Below the pieces are notes generated by a model, which saw nothing but the letters and a program-made list of their open reading frames with translations, was not told where the DNA came from and ran no database searches. Both the position numbers and the translations under genes were made by a program. DNA of 59,440 nt from an uncultured Collinsella sp. (lineage in GTDB: Bacteria > Actinomycetota > Coriobacteriia > Coriobacteriales > Coriobacteriaceae), in assembly GCA_902464175.1 (NCBI GenBank), contig CABQHZ010000001.1, positions 1 through 59,440 of the forward strand, given 5' to 3'. Below, one piece after another: positions 48,644-56,154 of this stretch (the stretch's first letter is position 1; the number at the start of each line of letters is the position of its first letter).

Positions 48644-49628
48644 GGCACTCCCCCTCCTCGACAAGCCAACACTTCGATCGGTCGCACGCGCTCGCGGCAA
48701 AGAGCGGCGGCTCCTGCGCGCGACAACGCTCCTCGGCGCGCGCGCAACGAGGCGCAAAGCGGCAGCCGCAGGGTATTGCCGTGAGCGGCGGCACCGTACC
48801 CGGAATATTCGCCAGCGTATCGACCCGCTCACCCTCAAGCGGCGGGATGCTCGCGATGAGCCCCTGGGCATACGGGTGGCTCGGACGCTCCATAAGGCCG
48901 CAGGCATCGATCTCTTCTACGATCTGGCCCAAGTACATGACGTGCACGCGCGAGCAAATGCTCGTGACAACGCCCAGGTCATGGCTGATAAACAGCACCG
49001 CCATGTTCTCGGTGCGGTTGAGGTCGCGCAGCAAATCCAAAATCTGCTTTTGCGTCGTCGTGTCGAGCGCCGTGGTGGGCTCATCGGCAATGAGCAGCCG
49101 CGGATGGCCGGCAAGCGCCATGGCTATCATCACGCGCTGGCGCATACCGCCGCTAAAATCGCTCGGATACATATCAAAGCGAGCACCGGCGTCGCGGATC
49201 CCCACGCGCTCCAAAAGCGACAGGGCCTCGGCGCGGGCGTCGCGACGGCTCACCTTGCGATGGGCGCGCACCGCCTCGACCACCTGCGCCCCCACCGTCA
49301 TGACGGGATTGAGCGAGCTCAAGGGGTCCTGGAATATCATGGCGATATCGCAGCCGCGCACCTCGCGCATGGTTTTGAGCGGACGCGCCAGCAGGTCCTC
49401 GCCATCAAACACAATCTGGCCCTCGTAGGCCATCTTCTGCTCATGCTCCAGCAGGCGCATGACACTTTGTGCAAAGACCGACTTACCGCAGCCGGACTCG
49501 CCGACGACGCCCACGATCTCGCCGGCATCGATATGCAAATTGAGCTTGTTAACCGCCTCGAGCGCGCGCCCATCGCGTCCCACAAACGAAATGCAGAGGC
49601 CGCGCACGTCCAAAAGATGCTGAGCCAT
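48630..49628 (-). CDS. Peptide/nickel ABC transporter ATP-binding subunit (OppD/DppD-like)
   Basis: GESGCGKS, FSGGMRQR, DEPTTALD, C-terminal GCRFAPRC...C...C. Confidence 0.93.
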   Translation of the reverse strand: MAQHLLDVRGLCISFVGRDGRALEAVNKLNLHIDAGEIVGVVGESGCGKSVFAQSVMRLLEHEQKMAYEGQIVFDGEDLLARPLKTMREVRGCDIAMIFQDPLSSLNPVMTVGAQVVEAVRAHRKVSRRDARAEALSLLERVGIRDAGARFDMYPSDFSGGMRQRVMIAMALAGHPRLLIADEPTTALDTTTQKQILDLLRDLNRTENMAVLFISHDLGVVTSICSRVHVMYLGQIVEEIDACGLMERPSHPYAQGLIASIPPLEGERVDTLANIPGTVPPLTAIPCGCRFAPRCARAEERCRAQEPPLFAASACDRSKCWLVEEGECHGCK

Positions 49629-49631
49629 GGG

Positions 49632-50459
49632 CTAGTCCTCCTTTGTCTTGGGATCGAGGGCGTCACGCAGGCCATCGCCGGCCAGGTTGAGCGAAAGCAC
49701 GCTTGCGATAATGGCCGCCGCCGGGAAGAAGATCATCCACCAGGCCTTGCGAATCACATTTTTGCCTGCCTGTAGGATGTTGCCCCAGCTGGCATCGGGC
49801 GCCTTGATGCCCAATCCCAAAAAGGAGAGCGCCGCTTCGGAAAGCACGGCCTCGGCAAAGATAAAGGTGGCCTGCACCAAAAACGGAGCCATCACGTTGG
49901 GCACGATATGCAGCCACACGATACGAGCGGTCGATGCACCCTGCACGCGCAGGGCCTCCACGAAGGGCTCCTCCTTAACCACCATGGCGCGTGAACGAAC
50001 GATGCGCGCCATGCTGGGCGTGTATACGATCGTGAGCGCGATGATGACGTTCCACACGCTCGCTCCCATCATCGCCATCAACGCGATGGCCAGCAGCACG
50101 CCCGGAATGGACATCAGGCCGTCGCAGATACGCATGAGCACGTGATCGAGCTTCTCGTTGTAGCACGCGTAGGCACCGATAACCAGACCGAGCGCACTCG
50201 TCGCAAGTGTGACGGCCACGCCGACGCCAAGCGACACGCGCGCGCCGGCAATTACGCGTGCAAGCAAATCACGGCCAAAATCATCGCAGCCAAAGGGGTG
50301 CGCAGGCGAAGGTGCAGACAGTCGCAGCGCCATCTCCTGCGTATTGGGGTCGACCGTCCACACCAAAGGGCCGACGAGCGCGACAAGCATGATGGCCAAA
50401 AAGATGCAGCCGCCGACTACAAACCCCTTATTGGCAAGGGCCTTCTTAAAGCTTGTCAT
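49632..50459 (-). CDS. Peptide/nickel ABC transporter permease (OppC/DppC-like)
   Basis: HPFGCDDFGRD, FVEALRVQGAS, EAALSFLGLG, GDGLRDALDP. Confidence 0.93.
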   Translation of the reverse strand: MTSFKKALANKGFVVGGCIFLAIMLVALVGPLVWTVDPNTQEMALRLSAPSPAHPFGCDDFGRDLLARVIAGARVSLGVGVAVTLATSALGLVIGAYACYNEKLDHVLMRICDGLMSIPGVLLAIALMAMMGASVWNVIIALTIVYTPSMARIVRSRAMVVKEEPFVEALRVQGASTARIVWLHIVPNVMAPFLVQATFIFAEAVLSEAALSFLGLGIKAPDASWGNILQAGKNVIRKAWWMIFFPAAAIIASVLSLNLAGDGLRDALDPKTKED

Positions 50460-51412
50460 TACGCATCGCCCCATTTTCGGACACGCGGGTCAAACGCGCC
50501 GTAAGCCAAATCGACCAATAGGTTAATCACCGAGTTCAGCAGGGCGATGACCAGCAGCACGCCTTGGATAACGGGATAGTCGCGCCGCTCGATGGAGCTC
50601 GTGACCAGCTGGCCCAGACCGGGGATGTTAAAGATAGCCTCGGTCACCACCGCACCCGTAATCAGGGCGCCAAAGGAATAGCCGACCGAGGTGAGGATCG
50701 GCAACGCGGCGTTGCGCAGGGCATGGGACAGCACTACACGCACCTCGGAGACGCCCTTGGCGCGCGCCGTCTTGACGCAGTCGAGCTGCATGGCCTCGAT
50801 CACGCTCGCGCGCGTCATGCGCATGAGCAGCGCGGCCTGCACGCATCCCAGCGATATGGCCGGCAGTGCCAGATAGCGCAGGTGCACAAACCAGCCTTTC
50901 GAGAGCGGCACATAGCCGGCCACCGGAAGCACACGCAGCGTGACGGCGAACAGCCACATAAGCATCAGCGCCATCAAAAAGCCAGGTATTGCCACGCCCA
51001 AAAGTGCTACGACGCGCAAGACCGCATCGGTACGCGACCCGTGCTTAAGGGCGGCAATGACGCCGCAGGGCAGCGCGATAAGCAGTGCGATAAGCTGTGC
51101 CAGAATCGCCAGCGACAGCGTAGGTCCAAAATGCTCGGCAATCGCCTGCGTGACAGGCTGATGCATAAAATACGAATCGCCCAGATCCCCGGTCAGCACA
51201 CCGCCCATCCACTCAAGGTAGCGTTGCGGCAGCGGCTCGTTAAGCCCCAGGCTTTCATTGACGCGCTCGATCTGGTCGGCCGAGGCCTCCATGCCGAGCA
51301 TCGAAGAAGCGGGGTCGCCCGGCGTAAGATAGATAATCAAAAACACGACGACCGAGATGATGAGCATCACCGGGATCATCGCGCCGATACGTTTGAGCGT
51401 GTACTTTAACAT
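50459..51412 (-). CDS. Peptide/nickel ABC transporter permease (OppB/DppB-like)
   Basis: PGDPA, GDLGDS, TARAKG, HALRNA, EAIFNIPGLG, RDYPVIQG. Confidence 0.93.
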   Translation of the reverse strand: MLKYTLKRIGAMIPVMLIISVVVFLIIYLTPGDPASSMLGMEASADQIERVNESLGLNEPLPQRYLEWMGGVLTGDLGDSYFMHQPVTQAIAEHFGPTLSLAILAQLIALLIALPCGVIAALKHGSRTDAVLRVVALLGVAIPGFLMALMLMWLFAVTLRVLPVAGYVPLSKGWFVHLRYLALPAISLGCVQAALLMRMTRASVIEAMQLDCVKTARAKGVSEVRVVLSHALRNAALPILTSVGYSFGALITGAVVTEAIFNIPGLGQLVTSSIERRDYPVIQGVLLVIALLNSVINLLVDLAYGAFDPRVRKWGDA

Positions 51413-51449
51413 GCGAGGTTTCTATATCCCCTCTGAACGCGGACAGACC

Positions 51450-51485
51450 GCGGCGGCCGAGGGGTCAAGCCCCTACGGTCGCCGC
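51450..51485 (-). terminator. GC-rich intergenic hairpin after the substrate-binding protein gene (terminator or mRNA stabiliser)
   Basis: GCGGCGGCCG-AGGGG-TCAAG-CCCCT-A-CGGTCGCCGC; no clear U-tract. Confidence 0.5.
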
Positions 51486-51499
51486 TCCATCGATACCTA

Positions 51500-53113
51500 T
51501 TACTCCGGGCGCTTGGCATTCCAAACGATGGCGCCGTCGAGCAGCTCAAAGCCCTCGACATCGGCCTGCGTGCCGGTGATGGCCACGTAATGGCACAGTG
51601 GCTCGATTACCGCGATCTCGTACAGGCGCTCCTGGCACTCGGCCCACTTCTTGGTTGCGGCCTTCTGGTCCTCGGCCGTACGGGTCTCGGCAACCAGCGA
51701 AAGTGCCTTCTCGTCCGAAAGGCCGTAGAAGCCTTTAGAGACGGAGAGCGACTGCGCCGGAATCGGCTTGTAGTTCGTCGATGCCACAAACAGATCCCAC
51801 TGGTCCGGCTTGCTGGAGCGAATATCCATAAAGGTCGCGAACTCATAGCTCTCGACCTCGGCGGTAAAGCCGGCCTTCTCGAGCTGCTCCTGCAGCGCAA
51901 CGGTGGCGTTGTACATATCCTTGTAGTCGGGCGTGGTGAGCAGCCTCACCGTCTCGCCGGCATAGGAGGTCTTGGCGAGTGCCTTCTTGGCCGCCTTGGG
52001 GTCGGCCTCGTTAAAGTATTTTTTGCCGGCATCGGTCGCCCACTGGTCGTTTTCGGGGTTGCCCAGGTTGGGATCGATCGTAAAGAGCTCTTCCTCGCCA
52101 TAGGCAGCCAGAGCGGCAGCCTTGCAGTCGATCGCCATAAAAGCGCACTTGCGGATAGCCTCGTCGGCAAAAATGCCTTCGTTCATGTTAAAGAACGCGG
52201 TGAGGACACCCGCGGTATGCGTGTACAGCTTCACGTCATCATTGCCATCGAAGTCATGGAAATTCTCGGTGGGAATCTCGCCGGCGATATCGTATTCGCC
52301 GGTCTCGAAACCGCTCACGCGCGTGGAGCCCTCCGTGACAAACTGATAGAAAATATCCTTCGTAGGTGCGGAGACCTTGCCGGTGTAGCCCGACGCCTTG
52401 CCCTCAGCAGCCTGATAATCGTCGTTACGTGTCAGATGAATGTACTGATCCTGCTTCCACTCCACAAGCTTATAGGCACCGGTACCGATATAGTCGGCGA
52501 TGCCCGTGTCGCCCGCGGCGTCGATAACCTCGGAGGGAACGATCGCGGGATATTGGGAGTGGTTGCCCAGAATCGTGAGGAAATCCGTAGCGGGCGCGGT
52601 GAGTGTGCAGGTCACCTCGTGGTCGCCGGACTTGGCAAACTGGGCACCGGGGAGCAGGCTCGCCGCGCGATCGTTGACCGTAAGCCAGCGGTTCATCGAG
52701 GCCACGACGTCATCGGGGCCAAACTCCTTGCCGTTGTGGAACGTAATGCCCTCGCGCAGCTCGATGGTATAGGCCAAGCCGTCGTCAGAGACCTTGTAGC
52801 TCTTGGCCAGGACGGGCTGGGGCTCATACTTGGAATCCAGGCCAAAAAGCGGCTCCATGATATTGCAGGCGATATCAACGGTCACGAGCGAGGAGGTGGT
52901 GTGGGGGTCGAGGCCATCGGGGCTGGCAGGCAGAGCAACCTGAAGCTCATCACGATAATCCACATCGCCCGAAGCCGAGCCGGCAGCGCTGCCGGAATCG
53001 CTGTTAGAGCCGCCGCAGCCCGCTAGGCCAAGACCGGCCAGCACAGAAAGCGTGCCAAAACCGGTTACAAAGCTGCGACGAGACATGCCCGCCTGGGTAA
53101 AGACGTTGTTCAT
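51500..53113 (-). CDS. Family 5 ABC substrate-binding lipoprotein with Tat-type signal
   Basis: MNNVFTQAGMSRRSFV...GLAGC lipobox; LDPH, LAKSYKVSDDG, LREGITFHNG, IGTGAYK. Start ATG 53113. Confidence 0.92.
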   Translation of the reverse strand: MNNVFTQAGMSRRSFVTGFGTLSVLAGLGLAGCGGSNSDSGSAAGSASGDVDYRDELQVALPASPDGLDPHTTSSLVTVDIACNIMEPLFGLDSKYEPQPVLAKSYKVSDDGLAYTIELREGITFHNGKEFGPDDVVASMNRWLTVNDRAASLLPGAQFAKSGDHEVTCTLTAPATDFLTILGNHSQYPAIVPSEVIDAAGDTGIADYIGTGAYKLVEWKQDQYIHLTRNDDYQAAEGKASGYTGKVSAPTKDIFYQFVTEGSTRVSGFETGEYDIAGEIPTENFHDFDGNDDVKLYTHTAGVLTAFFNMNEGIFADEAIRKCAFMAIDCKAAALAAYGEEELFTIDPNLGNPENDQWATDAGKKYFNEADPKAAKKALAKTSYAGETVRLLTTPDYKDMYNATVALQEQLEKAGFTAEVESYEFATFMDIRSSKPDQWDLFVASTNYKPIPAQSLSVSKGFYGLSDEKALSLVAETRTAEDQKAATKKWAECQERLYEIAVIEPLCHYVAITGTQADVEGFELLDGAIVWNAKRPE

Positions 53114-53225
53114 AAAAATCCTCTCATCATTGAACAACCGGACAGATATATGCAAAGCCAGGCAACACCTTGCGGTGCATCGGGGTGCCACCGGCAAAAG
53201 CAACGAATGGGCAAATATCATCCCC

Positions 53226-53328
53226 ACGGCTTCCCCAGGCACCCGATCTTGCCGTTCAAACCGTCGCTCGCGCACAAAGTACGCGGCGCTTCTCTTTCAC
53301 GGCAACCTCGGGCACCTTGGAAACCCGT
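53226..53328 (-). repeat. Structured palindromic repeat element, copy 2 (REP/MITE-like)
   Basis: Minus strand ACGGGTTTCCAAGGTGCCCGAGGTTGCCGT...GCGTAC-TTT-GTGCGCGAG...ACGGCAAGATCGGGTGCCTGGGGAAGCCGT; shares AGGTGCCCGAG, GCGTAC..GTRCGCGAG and TCGGKTGCCT with 46513-46624. Confidence 0.6.
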
Positions 53329-53347
53329 TTACCTTATTGGACTAGAC

Positions 53348-54631
53348 CTAAATGGTCTCCAGGAAAGCTTCGATCCTAGTTTGGAGTTGGCCTGCGTCCT
53401 CGCCGGCGTAGTCGGTCGTGATGTGCATAAAGGGAATACCGGCCTCTTCGGCGGCCTTCTCCACGGCGAAGGACTCCATCTCGTAGAGCGTGCAGAACTG
53501 CAGGGCCACGTCGACGATGCCGTCGGCATGCAGGTCGCGCGCCATCTGGACGATGTCCTTCATACGCTGGTCGTTGGGAGTAAAGACGGCGCAGTTGATC
53601 TTAAAGTAGCGCTCGGCGATGGCGTCGAGCATCTCGTCGACCGTCTCGCCGGACTCGTCGACCAGGTCCTTGTAGTAGCGCGAGCCCGTGCAGGACTCCT
53701 CGCCCACCACGATGCCGCCAGCCTTCTCGATCAGGTTGAACAGCTTCCAGTTGGGCACGGCCATGGGCGTGCCGGTGTACAGGATGCGCTTGGTGCCCTT
53801 GGGTGCCACGCCCTCACCATTGGCGGCGCGCTCCTCGCACTCGGCAGCCATGTCGTTGATGGCGCCGGTCAGGCGCGGCGTGTCGTCCATAAAGGCAGCC
53901 TGCACGGTCAGCAGGCTATCGAGGCCGCTGATGGGCGCCGGGTCGGCAGCACGGGTCGCAGCCAGACGCTGCAGGGCGCGGCGCTTCTCGTTAACGGCGT
54001 GGATGGCAGCCTTCAGGCGCTCGGGCGTGATCTTGACGCCGCACTCTTCCTCGATCTTGGCAGCGAGCTTTTTGACCTCGGCCTTCCAGGTCACGAGCGT
54101 CGACTCGTCGTGCACGTTGGGGATATCCATGACGTACATGTTCTTTTGCGTGGCAAAGAACTCATAGGCCTTCTTCTTGCCGTCGCAAGTGTTCTCGCCG
54201 ACTACCAGGTCGCTCGACTCGATGTAGGGGCAGACCTCGCCCAGCTTAAAGCCAGCAAAGCTCTTGATGAGCGGACAGGTGTTTCGCGGCAGATGCTCCT
54301 CGACCTTATCCGTTGCCCAATCGGCGCCAGAGCACAGGCCCACGGGAATGCCGTCGCAGGCAAGCACGATCTCCTCGGGCACGTAGACGCAGAACGAGCC
54401 GACGATCTTGGTGGCCTCGCCGGCCTCCTTCTTGTCGAGCATCTCCTTAATACGGCCGCTATGAATGTTGGTGGCAACAAAATCCAGGTAGGAAGTGGAC
54501 TTGGGGCGATTGTTCTGCGTCAAGAACATATCCCCGTACATCTGGCCCACGGCACCCAGCAGCATGTCGTGGTCGGCAAGATTCATGCCGAGGCTCTCCC
54601 ACATCGGATGGAAATCAAATTCTTCAGCCAT
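53348..54631 (-). CDS. Double-cubane [8Fe-9S] cluster anaerobic reductase, paralog A (DCCP-type long N-terminus)
   Basis: Eight conserved Cys: FCVYVP, LCSG, TCPLIKS, VCPY, NTCDGKKK, ESCTG, INCAVF, QFCTLY. N-terminal MWESLGMNL...RP...LDFV; C-terminal TDY...TRIEAF. Confidence 0.87.
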   Translation of the reverse strand: MAEEFDFHPMWESLGMNLADHDMLLGAVGQMYGDMFLTQNNRPKSTSYLDFVATNIHSGRIKEMLDKKEAGEATKIVGSFCVYVPEEIVLACDGIPVGLCSGADWATDKVEEHLPRNTCPLIKSFAGFKLGEVCPYIESSDLVVGENTCDGKKKAYEFFATQKNMYVMDIPNVHDESTLVTWKAEVKKLAAKIEEECGVKITPERLKAAIHAVNEKRRALQRLAATRAADPAPISGLDSLLTVQAAFMDDTPRLTGAINDMAAECEERAANGEGVAPKGTKRILYTGTPMAVPNWKLFNLIEKAGGIVVGEESCTGSRYYKDLVDESGETVDEMLDAIAERYFKINCAVFTPNDQRMKDIVQMARDLHADGIVDVALQFCTLYEMESFAVEKAAEEAGIPFMHITTDYAGEDAGQLQTRIEAFLETI

Positions 54632-54748
54632 GACGGTTCCCCTCTCGAACCAAAAATGAATAGCTACGGTATTGCTGCACGGTGGGTGGCGAAAACCCAG
54701 CCGTGCTTAAACCCGGAATTTTGGGGAACCTGCTTTGCGGTTGATGAT

Positions 54749-54859
54749 TTAGTTGTGCGTCGTCTCTCCCGGAGCCGTGAACATACCTGCTCATATGCGG
54801 CTCCGAGCCATATAGAGGGCGCGCGCGGCAACGCGACGCGAATATGTCTTCTGCGGCAT
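54749..54859 (-). CDS. Putative leader peptide with in-frame UGA at codon 23: MPQKTYSRRVAARALYMARSRI-U/stop-AGMFTAPGETTHN
   Basis: Strong SD AAAAGGAGGG at 54867-54876, ATG 54859, TGA 54791-54793, TAA 54749-54751. An extended -10 promoter lies immediately upstream. Confidence 0.5.
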
Positions 54860-54888
54860 CGGCGCGCCCTCCTTTTCTCGTCGAGGTA

Positions 54889-54897
54889 ACTATATCA
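54889..54897 (-). promoter_or_regulatory. Extended -10 promoter of the leader/DCCP/ABC/selD operon
   Basis: Minus strand TG-A-TATAGT about 30 nt upstream of the leader ATG. Confidence 0.5.
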
Positions 54898-54965
54898 ACG
54901 GTCGTCGTCCAGACGAATACCGCCGACACGCGTACGACAGCATCGGGATGCGAGTATCTCGCTGG

Positions 54966-54983
54966 CTGATAAATAATTATCAG
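54966..54983. promoter_or_regulatory. Palindromic operator candidate
   Basis: CTGATAA-ATAA-TTATCAG (7-4-7 palindrome) in an AT-rich patch upstream of the promoter. Confidence 0.5.
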
Positions 54984-55080
54984 ATTAATAAGGTTTTGTC
55001 ATCCCCGATTCGGCGAATGGCGACCCGTAAGCATGCCGGACGGCCAAGGAACCAATCCCCCGACCGTACCGCACACCGCG

Positions 55081-56151
55081 CTATCGGCAAACCAGATGGA
55101 TTCTGCTCGCATCAAAATGCATGCGCAGGGTCTCCCCCGCCTGCGGCAACTCCTCGACAGGCACACTCACCTTGTTGACCTTCCACTGCAGGCGCGTCGG
55201 TGCGTCGGCACGTGGCACATCCAGCAGCACCAAGCGCTCAAAACGCGAATCGCTCACGCGGGCCACGTGCAGGTCGTAGCTGTTGCGACCACGCTCGGCA
55301 CGGTTGTCCACATGGAAGTAGCTCGCGCGGATGCCCAGGTACGCCACGTTGTCGGGCACCTCGCGGCCCACATTGAAGGTCATGCCCCAGTCCAGGGCTT
55401 CAACTTCCTGAGGCCCGATCTTGCGCGCACGGCTCGTGTTCTTGCAGCCCGTCAGGCGCAGCGCGGCCAAGGTTTGCGGCCGGCGGACCACGTCCTCGAC
55501 GGAACCGATCTCCTCCACATGCCCGTTGTGCATCACACAGATGCGCTCGCACAGACGGCACGCCTCATCGATATCGTGGCTCACGTACAGCACGGTGCGG
55601 TTGCAGACATCGAACAGGTCGAGCATGTTTTGCTCAAGCGCGCTCTTGAGATACGCATCGAGTGCGCTCATGGGCTCGTCGAACATGAAGATGCCCGGGT
55701 GCGCCGCCACCATGCGGGCAAGCGCCACACGCTGCTGCTGTCCGCCCGAGAGTCGTGCGGGATAGCGATCGGCAAAGTCTGCCAGGCCAAAGATGCCCAG
55801 ATAGCGCTCGGCAAGCTGCCTGCGCGACGCAGCGTCACCCGCATCCTCAACGCCGGCGCACACGTTATCGGCCACCGTCAAATTGGGGAACAGCTGATAG
55901 TTTTGGAACAGCAGGGCGCACTTGCGTTCCTGGGGCGACAAGTTTATGCCCGCGGCGGAGTCGAAGAAGGTCACGCCGTTGACGACAATCTTGCCCTCAT
56001 CGGGCGTCTCCACGCCGGCGATGCAGCGCAAGGTGCAACTCTTGCCACAACCGGAAGCACCAAGCAGCGCCACACGCTCCTCGCCAGCCTCAAGTTGAAT
56101 GTCGAGCGTAAAGCCGGGATAGCGCTTTTTGATATCCAGAACGAGCGACAT
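55081..56151 (-). CDS. modC: Molybdate ABC transporter ATP-binding protein
   Basis: GASGCGKS, FQNYQLFPNLTV, LSGGQQQRVALAR, DEPMSALD; follows modB. Confidence 0.9.
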   Translation of the reverse strand: MSLVLDIKKRYPGFTLDIQLEAGEERVALLGASGCGKSCTLRCIAGVETPDEGKIVVNGVTFFDSAAGINLSPQERKCALLFQNYQLFPNLTVADNVCAGVEDAGDAASRRQLAERYLGIFGLADFADRYPARLSGGQQQRVALARMVAAHPGIFMFDEPMSALDAYLKSALEQNMLDLFDVCNRTVLYVSHDIDEACRLCERICVMHNGHVEEIGSVEDVVRRPQTLAALRLTGCKNTSRARKIGPQEVEALDWGMTFNVGREVPDNVAYLGIRASYFHVDNRAERGRNSYDLHVARVSDSRFERLVLLDVPRADAPTRLQWKVNKVSVPVEELPQAGETLRMHFDASRIHLVCR

Positions 56152-56154
56152 GGC

